Of a stretch of DNA of 60,110 bases, positions 1 to 9,305 are shown one piece after another. The DNA is from Bacteroidota bacterium. GTDB lineage: Bacteria > Bacteroidota > Bacteroidia > UKL13-3. Numbering within the stretch: position 1 is the first letter of the stretch; each line of letters begins with the position of its first letter. The stretch is from NCBI GenBank assembly GCA_034439655.1, contig JAWXAU010000163.1, forward strand, positions 1-60,110, given 5' to 3'. The notes below the pieces were generated by a model. That model was not told where the DNA came from, made no database searches, and saw only the letters and a program-made list of their open reading frames with translations. Both the position numbers and the translations under genes were made by a program.

Positions 1-552
1 AGTTATTATGTGAGTGCCACCAATAAATATGGCTGCGGGGCCACAAGTAATACGGTAAAAATAAGTTTTCTGCCACAACTGTTTGCCAATATCAAAAAAG
101 CAAAAGATAGTTTATATGTAATAACCAACCGTCCAATAAAAACATATATTTGGTATAAAGACACCATATTATATAATACCACTTCATGGCTCTACCACCC
201 ACCTACTGGCAGGTATACCGTTACGGTAACTGATGCGGATGGTTGTATGGCAAACAGTGGTTCATTGTTGCATACAGGAGTAAATACTATTATTGAAAAC
301 AATTTGCATATATATCCAAACCCCGTGCGGGATATGCTGTATATAGAGGGGTTGTGGTTGGTTGGTGATAACACAAACCATGGGCAGAAGACAAACATTG
401 CCCTATATGATATGCATGGCAAGAAAGTATACGCCGCGGCGGATGCGGTTACGAATGGAGAGAATAATTATAAGATAAATGTATCGAGTTTTCCAAAAGG
501 AATATATATAATACTTGTAGGAGATGTGATGCAAAAAATTGTGATTGAATAA
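1..552 (+). CDS. C-terminal part of a T9SS cargo protein (Ig/PKD-like segment plus T9SS sorting domain); 5'-truncated by the window
   Basis: Frame is open to base 1. C-terminus LHIYPNPVRDMLYI...LYDMHGKKV...SSFPKGIYII...KIVIE is a typical T9SS type A CTD. Confidence 0.85.
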   Translation, partial: SYYVSATNKYGCGATSNTVKISFLPQLFANIKKAKDSLYVITNRPIKTYIWYKDTILYNTTSWLYHPPTGRYTVTVTDADGCMANSGSLLHTGVNTIIENNLHIYPNPVRDMLYIEGLWLVGDNTNHGQKTNIALYDMHGKKVYAAADAVTNGENNYKINVSSFPKGIYIILVGDVMQKIVIE

Positions 553-611
553 CCACTCGACACTTAGCTGCACCAATAACACACCCCTTCCTCGCTTAAC
601 CAAAACACACT

Positions 612-628
612 CCCCGCAATAAGCGGGG
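612..628. repeat. GC-rich hairpin CCCCGC-AATAA-GCGGGG
   Basis: 6-bp inverted repeat. A related copy at 5625-5659 carries an insertion in its loop. Confidence 0.7.
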
Positions 629-701
629 CAAGCACGAGGGAAAATCCTTCATCCTAACATTTTTATTATAACAAAAAAGGACTGATTTGCAAGTTGTACT
701 T

Positions 702-756
702 CCCGCCGCGGCGAACCTACTTCCTACTTCCTACTTCCTACTTCCCACCGCGGCGG
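702..756. repeat. Heptamer tract (CCTACTT)x4 flanked by CCGCGGCG-core palindromes
   Basis: CCCGCCGCGGCGAA 702-715, CCTACTT x4 716-743, CCACCGCGGCGG 745-756. Confidence 0.9.
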
Positions 757-778
757 CTTTACTACTTTATACTTCTAC

Positions 779-1333
779 CTAGTTCCATCCCGGATCCAGA
801 GGAGCATCAGCAATAATCGAATACTTATCGCCCATACTTTTTAAAACGGTACGCCACAAAGCATCGGCAGGTGTATTAAATAAATATTGAAAATTTGCAG
901 GAGCTGTTATCCATGATTTGCTTTCGGTTTCTTTTTCTAATTGTCCGGGTGTCCAACCTGAGTATCCTATAAAAAATCTAAAATCTTTTTCTGTTACTTT
1001 TCCTTCACGAAATAATTGTAGCATCTGTTCGTGGTCGCCACCCCAAAATATGCCTTGCATAATCTCGGTACTGCCTTCAATTAAATGACCTACCGTATGT
1101 ATATAATGTAATGTATTAGTCTCGCACGGCCCTCCTTTGAACAATCCTGGATTGCAATTCGGGAAATCCTCCATGGCATCACGCATGCTTAGGTTAATGG
1201 GCTGGTTTAATACAAACCCAATGGTTCCGCGTTCGTTGTGCTCTACCAACAGTATTACACTGCGAATAAAATTAATGTCCATCATGAACGGTTCGCTCAA
1301 TAAAAGGACTCCTCTGTTTGGCATCGGTTTCAT
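779..1333 (-). CDS. YqgE/AlgH (DUF179) family protein
   Basis: LLLSEPFMMDINFIRSVILLVEHNERGTIGFVLNQP, FKGGP, FFIGYSGWTPGQLEKE, C-terminal DPGWN. Confidence 0.92.
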   Translation of the reverse strand: MKPMPNRGVLLLSEPFMMDINFIRSVILLVEHNERGTIGFVLNQPINLSMRDAMEDFPNCNPGLFKGGPCETNTLHYIHTVGHLIEGSTEIMQGIFWGGDHEQMLQLFREGKVTEKDFRFFIGYSGWTPGQLEKETESKSWITAPANFQYLFNTPADALWRTVLKSMGDKYSIIADAPLDPGWN

Positions 1334-1430
1334 ATTGCAAAATTGTTTTACTTTTCTTGTATATATAACGTAAATAAACGCTTTTTATTACATAATGGTT
1401 TGCAAGTGACAAATATTTTTCTAAACACTC

Positions 1431-2339
1431 TTAATTTTCTGAAGTGAGTTTGATAAAGATATCACTCATGGCTGGCATCTTCTCGCTAAATGACACCACT
1501 TCTACATGCTGCATCACTTGTTTCAAAAGTTCATTTCTACCCATGGGGCTTGGGTGTTTCAATATACATATATGACTGCCGTTCTCTATACGGTCATCTA
1601 CAATCTCTGTGTTTTGCGGGGTTTGCAAATTGTCGCCATTATAAACCAATTCATAAGTATTGGTACGAAACTGTTCTTTCACTTGTTGTAATTCTGCCTC
1701 TAATATTTTTTTAGATTTATTAATAAATATAATATAGTCACACATTTCTTCCACCGATTCCATGCGGTGTGTGGAGAATATAATAGAAGCTCCTTTGGCT
1801 TTAAGAGCAAGTATTTCGTCTTTAATTAGTTTTGCATTATTGGGATCGAAACCTGTAAAGGGTTCATCCAATATTATTAAAGTAGGTTCATGAATAACGG
1901 TACTAATAAATTGTACTTTTTGTTGCATTCCCTTTGAAAGTTCTTCCACCTTTTTCTTCCACCAAGTGCCAATATCGAACTTATCAACCCATACCTTACA
2001 ACGTGTAATAGCGTCTGCTCTGCTCAATCCCTTAAGCTGGGCTAGGTATAATAATTGTTCGCCCACTTCCATCTTCTTATACAATCCACGCTCTTCGGGC
2101 AAATAACCAATGCCTTCTATATGTTTGGGTTTGAGTGGTTGTCCTTCAAATAATACCAAACCACTATCGGCACGAGTAATTTGGGTAATGATGCGGATAA
2201 GCGAGGTTTTGCCTGCTCCATTAGGTCCAAGCAAACCTGTAATTTTTCCTTTGGGCATTTTCAAACTCACTTTGTCCAATGCCAAATGAGAGGCATATTG
2301 CTTACTCACATCTTGGGTTTCTATAATACTTATTTCCAT
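1431..2339 (-). CDS. ABC transporter ATP-binding protein (ABC-2/NatA-like)
   Basis: Walker A GPNGAGKT, signature LSKGMQQ, Walker B LIILDEP, H-loop STH. Confidence 0.92.
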   Translation of the reverse strand: MEISIIETQDVSKQYASHLALDKVSLKMPKGKITGLLGPNGAGKTSLIRIITQITRADSGLVLFEGQPLKPKHIEGIGYLPEERGLYKKMEVGEQLLYLAQLKGLSRADAITRCKVWVDKFDIGTWWKKKVEELSKGMQQKVQFISTVIHEPTLIILDEPFTGFDPNNAKLIKDEILALKAKGASIIFSTHRMESVEEMCDYIIFINKSKKILEAELQQVKEQFRTNTYELVYNGDNLQTPQNTEIVDDRIENGSHICILKHPSPMGRNELLKQVMQHVEVVSFSEKMPAMSDIFIKLTSEN

Positions 2340-2341
2340 TT

Positions 2342-3055
2342 TTATACTACTGAAATTACACTATCGGGAATGTCGCCCTCGTCTTTAAATTTAACCATCA
2401 ACCGTGCCAAGGTTGCAACATCTTTTTCGCAATAAGCTTTAATTCGATTCAAATCGCCCTCATTATAATATATACCACTTACCATACTTCCGTCTATATC
2501 ATCTTTGGGTGTTGGGATATCAAAAGCTGCGGCCAATAATTCTAAGGAAGTGTACGCTTTAAAGTCGCCAAATTTCCACAACTCCATCGTATCTAAATGG
2601 TTCAACTCCCAAGGCTTTTTGCCAGCAGTGTCTAATACAATGGGTAGCTTTACTTGGTTAATTACCATACGGCGTGACAAATAAGGAAAATCGAATTCTT
2701 TGCCATTATGGGCCAACAATAATTGCATCGGCGATTTCACAAATTTATCTAGGGCATCCGACACATCATTCAAAAGTTTCTTCTCGTCATGTCCACAATA
2801 AGATTTTATTTTAAGCTGATACGACTTACCCCAACGGCTGAACAGTCCCAACGAAACACATATAACTTTACCAAATTCGGCGTAGATTCCAGCACTATTA
2901 TAGCTTTCGTGTGGTAACTGATTGGGGTATTTGAGGGCAGATTTCTTGTCCCATAGTTTTTTCCAATGTTCGGGCAACTCTTGGTAATTGCGATATTGAG
3001 GCACAGTCTCAACATCCAAAGCCATCACATTTCCGAGGTCTAAATTTTCGAGCAT
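2342..3055 (-). CDS. PolB-like 3'-5' exonuclease domain protein
   Basis: ExoI LDVETVP, ExoII AHNGKEFDFPYL, ExoIII YCEKDV, plus HLDTMELWKFG. Confidence 0.88.
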   Translation of the reverse strand: MLENLDLGNVMALDVETVPQYRNYQELPEHWKKLWDKKSALKYPNQLPHESYNSAGIYAEFGKVICVSLGLFSRWGKSYQLKIKSYCGHDEKKLLNDVSDALDKFVKSPMQLLLAHNGKEFDFPYLSRRMVINQVKLPIVLDTAGKKPWELNHLDTMELWKFGDFKAYTSLELLAAAFDIPTPKDDIDGSMVSGIYYNEGDLNRIKAYCEKDVATLARLMVKFKDEGDIPDSVISVV

Positions 3056-3077
3056 ACTAATTTTGTTTTTAAAGTTT

Positions 3078-3108
3078 CAAACCTAATGCATATTGTATTG
3101 CTGTGCAA
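3078..3108 (-). promoter_or_regulatory. Bacteroidota housekeeping promoter for exonuclease-ABC ATPase
   Basis: Minus strand TTG-N20-TAGGTTTG matches the -33/-7 consensus. Confidence 0.6.
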
Positions 3109-3310
3109 CTTTGTGAAAAAATAATTATATCGGTGCATGGTTGCATGTCTTCACCAACCTTCAAAGCAATGTTTTATGAAATAGAAAAAAATTGTCGCAT
3201 TCAAAAACTCAAAATTGCAAATAATTATCTGCCATTATTTCCTATTATGGACTAAGGTGATTAATTTGCAAGCGTTTTCAAAAAACAATTATATAACAAT
3301 AAACAAAATT

Positions 3311-3916
3311 ATGCAAAAGTACAAAAAATTTATTCCTTGGGTAATCCTCGGTATTCTCATCATTTGGTGTGTGAGCGTTTACAATGGCTTTGTAAGTAAA
3401 GATGTAGTATTAGGCGAAAAGTGGGGAAAGGTACAAAGTGCTTATCAATTGCGTGCTGACAAAATTAAACAGTTAGTAAGTGTAGTAAAGGGATCTGCTA
3501 AGTTTGAGAAAGAAACATTATTGGGTGTGGTAGAAGCACGTGCAGGAATGGCCCGCCAAGCAACCTTCGACCCAACTAAAGGAACCGCTGAAGACTTTAA
3601 AAAATATGAAAGCATACAAAGAGACTTGATGTCGAACCCTAAAACAGGTTTCAATATTGTTGTCGAGCAATATCCGCAGCTTCGCACTACCGATCAATAC
3701 AAAGCTTTGATGTATGAAATAAGTGAAACTGAAAATATGATTAAAACAGAGCGTGATCAATTTACGATTGCTGTAAAAGAATACAATACTGCTACACGTC
3801 GTTTCCCTGGTAATTTATTTGCAAGTATATTTGGCTTTAGCCAAAAAGAATTTTTTGCAGCCGATACTGGTACCGACAAAGCCCCTATTGAGAGTCTGAA
3901 AGAACTTGAAAAATAA
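3311..3916 (+). CDS. lemA: LemA family protein
   Basis: N-terminal TM helix, WGKVQSAYQLRAD, VVEQYPQL, YNTATRRFPGNLFASIFGF. Start moved from the ORF-track start to ATG 3311. Confidence 0.9.
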   Translation: MQKYKKFIPWVILGILIIWCVSVYNGFVSKDVVLGEKWGKVQSAYQLRADKIKQLVSVVKGSAKFEKETLLGVVEARAGMARQATFDPTKGTAEDFKKYESIQRDLMSNPKTGFNIVVEQYPQLRTTDQYKALMYEISETENMIKTERDQFTIAVKEYNTATRRFPGNLFASIFGFSQKEFFAADTGTDKAPIESLKELEK

Positions 3917-3921
3917 TTAAG

Positions 3922-4350
3922 GTGGCATTCTTAAACCCAGAACAAGAACAGCAAATTGAAAAAGCTATAGGTTTGGCCGAAAACCAAACCTCTGGCGAAA
4001 TTCGTTTGCACACAGAACAGTTCTGCGACCTAGATGATACCTTGCAACGTGCATTGGAAGTGTTCTACGATTTGGAAATGGATAAAACCCAACAACAAAA
4101 CGGAATACTTATATATATAGCTTACGAGGACAAAAAAATGGCCATAGTAGGCGATGAAGGTATCAATAATGTAGTTCCTAAAAATTACTGGGATATTATT
4201 ATACAAGAAATGAAGTCCGATTTTGCTGCAGGTAATTTTGAAGAAGGAATCTGCAAAGCCGTGCATGAAGTAGGCGAAAAATTAAAACAATACTTCCCTT
4301 GGAACAGTGATGACAAAAACGAACTTTCTGACAAAATATCCAACCATTGA
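3922..4350 (+). CDS. TPM domain protein
   Basis: AENQTSGEIRLH, NGILIYIA...AIVGDEGIN; canonical position after lemA. Confidence 0.9.
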   Translation: MAFLNPEQEQQIEKAIGLAENQTSGEIRLHTEQFCDLDDTLQRALEVFYDLEMDKTQQQNGILIYIAYEDKKMAIVGDEGINNVVPKNYWDIIIQEMKSDFAAGNFEEGICKAVHEVGEKLKQYFPWNSDDKNELSDKISNH

Positions 4351-5102
4351 AATTTATATTTAAATATCTAAGACTATTAGTATTTGTTGGGATTTGCTTG
4401 CCATTATTTTCAAGTGCTCAAGCTCAAATTCCACCTAAATCAAATAGGTTGGTAAACGATTATGCAGGTGTATTAACTTCATCTCAAATTGTAGCACTCG
4501 AAAATGAAGCTGTAGCATTTGATAATAAAACATCCACACAAATTGCGATAGTAACTATCAAATCACTGGAAGGAAGAGATATAGCGGGTTACAGCCAGGA
4601 ACTTGCTGAAACTTGGGGCATAGGGCAACAAGGCAAAGACAATGGTATATTGATTTTAATAGCCGTTATAGACCACAAAACACGAATACATACAGGTCGC
4701 GGAATTACAGGCTATGCATCTGCTTCAAGATTGGGAGTTGAGCTAGAGGAAAAAGAAATGAATCCCCATTTCAAAAAAGGTGATTTTTATACAGGGCTTT
4801 CCAATGGACTCACCCAACTGGAAAAATTATTGGATGGGAAATATGAGGCAGTTCCCAAATCGAAAAGAAGCAAGCACTGGACTTCCTTTTTGGGAATGGC
4901 CATTATTATCATAATCATTATCATATCATCTATTCGTCGCAATCGTAAAGGTGGCGGGGGAAGTAGCGGGTTAGGTGCAGGAGGATTATTCTTCTTAGGT
5001 GGTAGCGGTGGTTGGGGCGGTGGAAGCAGTGGAGGAGGTGGTGGTTTCGGCGGCTTTGGAGGCGGAAGTTTCGGCGGAGGCGGTGCTAGTAGTAGTTGGT
5101 AA
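4347..5102 (+). CDS. TPM domain (YgcG-like) protein with Gly-rich tail
   Basis: Signal peptide, VNDYAGVL, WGIGQQGKDNGILIL, TM helix, terminal FGGFGGGSFGGGGASSSW. Confidence 0.92.
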   Translation: MKFIFKYLRLLVFVGICLPLFSSAQAQIPPKSNRLVNDYAGVLTSSQIVALENEAVAFDNKTSTQIAIVTIKSLEGRDIAGYSQELAETWGIGQQGKDNGILILIAVIDHKTRIHTGRGITGYASASRLGVELEEKEMNPHFKKGDFYTGLSNGLTQLEKLLDGKYEAVPKSKRSKHWTSFLGMAIIIIIIIISSIRRNRKGGGGSSGLGAGGLFFLGGSGGWGGGSSGGGGGFGGFGGGSFGGGGASSSW

Positions 5103-5235
5103 TAACCAATTACGGCATATATGTATTCAGAACATAATTCGGAATTTGATGCTCATGCTATACACCACCGCATGATGCAATAGGGTAGGATTATAATATG
5201 AAATATTCGAGCGGAGACATTTTTATTTACAAAGG

Positions 5236-5950
5236 TCGCCGCGGCGGGGCAGCAGAGCAGCAGCAAGGAAAATTTCACAAAATAGCATATTGCCAATCAG
5301 CAGAAATCAAATCCGATAAGCGAAGTCGATGCTGTCGTTCCGACCGTGGTTTTTGCAAGATGCTTAACCGAATTCGCCACGGCGAAACTTGGGTAAATAA
5401 AAAAGCTTTTTGCTTCGTTTTTGGCTTCAAAAATGAAGCCCCGATAGTTATCGGAGTTCGCGGCGACCGAGGAGTGGAAAAAAGTATCGCTAAAATATAT
5501 AATACAAGCATGTCTTGAGTACATGTATCCCTCAATTACGAATTACGAATCTTCAATTATGAATTATCTTCACATATTATACCGACACTCAATATATAAT
5601 AGTCCAAAAAAGGGGGACTAATCCCCCCGCATCCCGATAATTATCGGGATTAAGCGGGGCTTTCGGGATGTAGTTCGGCATTACCTTTCTAAAAACTAAG
5701 CCGCCACAGGCGGAGAACTATTATAGTTTAAGAACTGGTATTAAGCACCATGTAACCCTGAGCGGCCCGCCGCGGCAGGGAAGGGTGGCTTAGTTACAAG
5801 ACGAAAGTATAAAGTATATATAATACGACTTCCCATTTCTAAAAGTAAAGAATAAATAAATATTATTATTTTGTTCCCCTTACTTCCTACTTCCCTTCGC
5901 CGCGGCGAACCTACTTCCTACTTCCTTCGCCGCGGCGAACCCACTTCCTA
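5236..5950. repeat. Dense cluster of short palindromes, REP-like hairpins and heptamer tracts
   Basis: CGCCGCGGCG 5237, TTCGCCACGGCGAA ~5373, hairpin 5413-5438, CCGATAGTTATCGG 5441, heptamers 5534-5568, 20-bp palindrome 5631-5650, CCGCCACAGGCGG 5701, REP-like 5752-5786, TTCGCCGCGGCGAA 5896 and 5926. Confidence 0.85.
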
Positions 5951-7000
5951 CCTTATTCTATTCGCATCCAACCACCTCTGATACCTCCTCGCATTTGCAT
6001 TATGTTGTGAAAGTGTCTCTGCAAAATTGTGATACCCCAGCCTGGTTTCACTGGCACAATAAAATATAAAATCATTATTATCGGCATTCAACACGGCGTC
6101 TATGGCTTCTATGGTTGGGTTGCAGATGGGGCCCGGTGGAAGACCTCTGTGTGTATAGGTATTATAGGGGGATGAAGCCGATGCGTCTTTATGTTTATTA
6201 TATATACGTTTGAGGGTAAAATCATTTAAAGCAAATTTGATAGTTGGGTCCATTTCCAAATTCATTTTCTTATGCAATCGGTTAAACACCACACCTGCAA
6301 TAATAGGCATATCGGATTGTTTGTTCGTTTCTTTTATAACCAAAGATGCGATAGTAATTGCATCGCTTCTAGTAACACCTAATGCTTTTAATTTGCTTTC
6401 GCGTTCGCTATTCCAAAACCTATCATACTCATGCACCAATCGACCTATAACGCTGTCGGGCTTAGTATCCCAATTGATGAAATAGGTGTTTGGAATAAAT
6501 ATTTCAAACATATTTTTGGGCAAAATATTATACAATTTTAGCTTATTGCCCTTATATAACTCATTTGCTAAATCCTGGCTATCGGTTTCCAAATTGGCAA
6601 CTATGTTTTTTATAATATCCCCTACCCTATTGTGCGATTGTATAATAATTTTTACGGGTTCTTGCTTGCCTGAACGAAGTAACTGTATCAATTCTTTATT
6701 GCCCATCCCGTCAGCCAAAGTATAGCGACCTGGCTTAATGAGTTTATCATATTTCATGGCTTCCGCTATCCATTTAAAACTCCATGAATCTTGTAAAATT
6801 GGAGATAAGTCATCTAGCACCATATTATAGGTACTTCCTGATTTAATATATATAAACTGTTTGTCTTTAGCTAATTTTAAATTAGGTTTGTATAACACAA
6901 ACCAATACAAGAAACCCACCGCGGCAGCAATCACTACTATAATCGAACAAATGATAATAATGAGTTTTTTGGTACTCCGCTTTGTCTTCTTTTTAGCCAT
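5948..7000 (-). CDS. mltG: Endolytic transglycosylase MltG
   Basis: N-terminal TM, ITIASLVIKET, IAGVVFNRL, LEMDPT, SPYNTY, GLPPGPICNP, HNFAETLSQH. Confidence 0.93.
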   Translation of the reverse strand: MAKKKTKRSTKKLIIIICSIIVVIAAAVGFLYWFVLYKPNLKLAKDKQFIYIKSGSTYNMVLDDLSPILQDSWSFKWIAEAMKYDKLIKPGRYTLADGMGNKELIQLLRSGKQEPVKIIIQSHNRVGDIIKNIVANLETDSQDLANELYKGNKLKLYNILPKNMFEIFIPNTYFINWDTKPDSVIGRLVHEYDRFWNSERESKLKALGVTRSDAITIASLVIKETNKQSDMPIIAGVVFNRLHKKMNLEMDPTIKFALNDFTLKRIYNKHKDASASSPYNTYTHRGLPPGPICNPTIEAIDAVLNADNNDFIFYCASETRLGYHNFAETLSQHNANARRYQRWLDANRIR

Positions 7001-7035
7001 TGATTTTATTATTCGCTACAAATATAATTATTTTA

Positions 7036-8958
7036 TTACAACCCCACACTCCATTGTTTATTATTTGGTTGAAGTTTCCTCAATCGAAGTATATACTTTT
7101 TCAAATTCACTGTATCATTTTTCTTCTCAGAAATATTCGCCAAATTAATCAATGCTTGTATATGATTTGGGTCGTAGTATATACATTTGTGCAAACAGGT
7201 TTCTGCTAAAGAAATATTATTTTCTTTCCCTGCTACCATCGCCATGTTATACCAAGTAACAGGCATCGCAGGATTTATCAATAATAGTTTTTCTAAAATA
7301 TCTTTACCCCTTGCGGTATTACCTGTAGCAATATATACAATGCCTAGTTTTTGTTGAAACTCCAAATTTTTGGCCGCAAACCTTACCGCATTTTCAAGCC
7401 ATGAAACAGCGGAATTCATATCACCTTTTTCCAAAAATGCTATGCCTAATCTATAATTTGTCCAAGCATCTGCACTTATTATCTTGTTAATTTGCATATA
7501 ATTAATTAGCTCTGCATATTTTTGAGAAATATACAATTCTCGTATCTTAAGTTCAGGATTTTCCTTGCCCATTTTCTTAATATAGTATGCGGCACTATCA
7601 AGTGTGTGGTTCTTATTATTGTCCTTCTCGTAAGAGTTAAGATACGCCACTGCAGCAGCAATATCAGCCACTTCACGGTTATTCACACAACGTAATCCTT
7701 TAAAAGTGTTGGTGGTGTTTGAAGTCGTATTCCCTACTTTTTTTCTTATATAATGATCCGTAACTGACACATGTGGAATATCACTACTTCCATTCTTGGG
7801 CATATGGCATTGCACACAATTATCTTGGACTTTGTTTCGTATAAGTATATTTTCCGTACAAGTATTTTTAACTGCATTACTGTGGCAATTTTTGCATGCG
7901 GTATTATATTGTTCTTTTCCAGTTTGCCTTGTACTTACATGGGGATTATGACAAGTAATACATGTTAATTTCAAATTATTATTATCATTCAAATCAGGAT
8001 TGCTTTTCAAAAAACAGGGGCTCATTTGTAACCTTACCGCATGGCTCGCCATATAAAATCTATTCTCATCATCCGCATATCTGGGCAGGAAAACATCCAT
8101 CACGTCACTCAGTTTCATACCCGGCCTAAAGCTTTGCCAGTCCTTGCCTTGCTTCAATACAGTATTACCTTGCAAATGGCATCGTTGACATACATCAATC
8201 TGCAATTGCCAAGGTAATTTTCTCGGGTTTACAATGCTATAATCTATATTGTTTTTGGTATCAACCAATATACCTTTCTGCTTATCGCTCACATGCAAAC
8301 TTCCGGGTCCATGACAACGTTCGCAACCTATACCCAAAGGTATATTTGTAAATTGATTTTCGGAGCCCTGCACATAATCGGGCAAGGAATTATGGCAACT
8401 CATACACTCGTGGCCTATAATGCGTGAGAATCGGCTATTCGCTCCATTCTCAAAGCCCGGCGGCAAATCCCACTTTCCCTCTTGTGTATAGAAAGTTAGT
8501 GGTGCTTGGTATAAATATCCATTACTTTCTATTATATGTGAATTGGTATGATGCCCCGAACCTATGATATACTTTATTTTTTGATCACGCTTATGGATGG
8601 TATCTTTTCCTTGCAGTTTAAATTCCAATATATATAATTCATTCCCCACAAAATGTGGAGCATAATACAAATCCAAAAACTTATCATATAGTACTTCGTG
8701 ACCCGTAAATTTGCCTGCACTTTTTTGTGGCGTAGCCAATCCAAACGATTGCCCCATGCCTGTTTGCATAAAAGTTTCATATTTATCGGCATGACAGCCT
8801 TTGCAGGCTTCACTACCTAAATATTTTGCAGAATCGGAATGATTGCGATATAAAAATTTTTCTTTTGCAGGTTCACTTTGGTCACCACACGACCAAAAAA
8901 TAAGCATAAAAGCTACCAGTAAAAATAATGCGAGGGCTATATTTTTTGCCTGAGCCAA
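7036..8958 (-). CDS. Multiheme (7x CxxCH) c-type cytochrome lipoprotein with C-terminal TPRs
   Basis: Lipobox FWSC; CKGCH, CMSCH, CERCH, CQRCH, CITCH, CKNCH, CVQCH; TPR-like helical repeats at the C-terminus. Confidence 0.85.
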   Translation of the reverse strand: MAQAKNIALALFLLVAFMLIFWSCGDQSEPAKEKFLYRNHSDSAKYLGSEACKGCHADKYETFMQTGMGQSFGLATPQKSAGKFTGHEVLYDKFLDLYYAPHFVGNELYILEFKLQGKDTIHKRDQKIKYIIGSGHHTNSHIIESNGYLYQAPLTFYTQEGKWDLPPGFENGANSRFSRIIGHECMSCHNSLPDYVQGSENQFTNIPLGIGCERCHGPGSLHVSDKQKGILVDTKNNIDYSIVNPRKLPWQLQIDVCQRCHLQGNTVLKQGKDWQSFRPGMKLSDVMDVFLPRYADDENRFYMASHAVRLQMSPCFLKSNPDLNDNNNLKLTCITCHNPHVSTRQTGKEQYNTACKNCHSNAVKNTCTENILIRNKVQDNCVQCHMPKNGSSDIPHVSVTDHYIRKKVGNTTSNTTNTFKGLRCVNNREVADIAAAVAYLNSYEKDNNKNHTLDSAAYYIKKMGKENPELKIRELYISQKYAELINYMQINKIISADAWTNYRLGIAFLEKGDMNSAVSWLENAVRFAAKNLEFQQKLGIVYIATGNTARGKDILEKLLLINPAMPVTWYNMAMVAGKENNISLAETCLHKCIYYDPNHIQALINLANISEKKNDTVNLKKYILRLRKLQPNNKQWSVGL

Positions 8959-8978
8959 AACAGGATTTATTATATATA

Positions 8979-9284
8979 TTATTTATTACCAAACTTGGCC
9001 TGCCAATCTAGCATACCACCTAATAAATTCCGCACATTGGTAAAACCATTTTTCATCATAAAGTCACGGGCTGCGGCACTACGGCCACCAGCTTTGCAAT
9101 GAACAATCACTTCTTCATCTTTCCAATCGCCCAAGTCATCAATTACGGATTGTATAGTACCCAGCGGAACCAACTTCGCACCTATATTAAATTCTTCGTA
9201 TTCATAAGATTCACGCACATCTATAATGTTGAGTTTTTCACCACTATCCATGCGTTGCTTTAATTCTTCTGAGGTAATATCCAT
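8979..9284 (-). CDS. Single-domain rhodanese
   Basis: IIDVRE..EY, active-site loop HCKAGGRS, NLLGGMLDW. Confidence 0.92.
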   Translation of the reverse strand: MDITSEELKQRMDSGEKLNIIDVRESYEYEEFNIGAKLVPLGTIQSVIDDLGDWKDEEVIVHCKAGGRSAAARDFMMKNGFTNVRNLLGGMLDWQAKFGNK

Positions 9285-9305
9285 AGGGGCTATTTTTATT
9301 TTTAC

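Noticed and set aside
4950-5102. Low-complexity GGT/GGC run
   Set aside because: It is the standard Gly-rich tail of YgcG/TPM proteins.
5198-5535. Three short overlapping ORFs (75-106 aa)
   Set aside because: No recognisable motifs; the peptides are largely translations of palindromic repeats.
5879-5950. 30-bp direct repeat resembling a mini-CRISPR
   Set aside because: Only two units, no unique spacers and no cas genes; it is a tandem duplication of heptamer plus palindrome.
6915-6928. CCACCGCGGCAG inside mltG, similar to the palindrome family
   Set aside because: It encodes AAAVG in a normal-length TM helix and is explained by codons.
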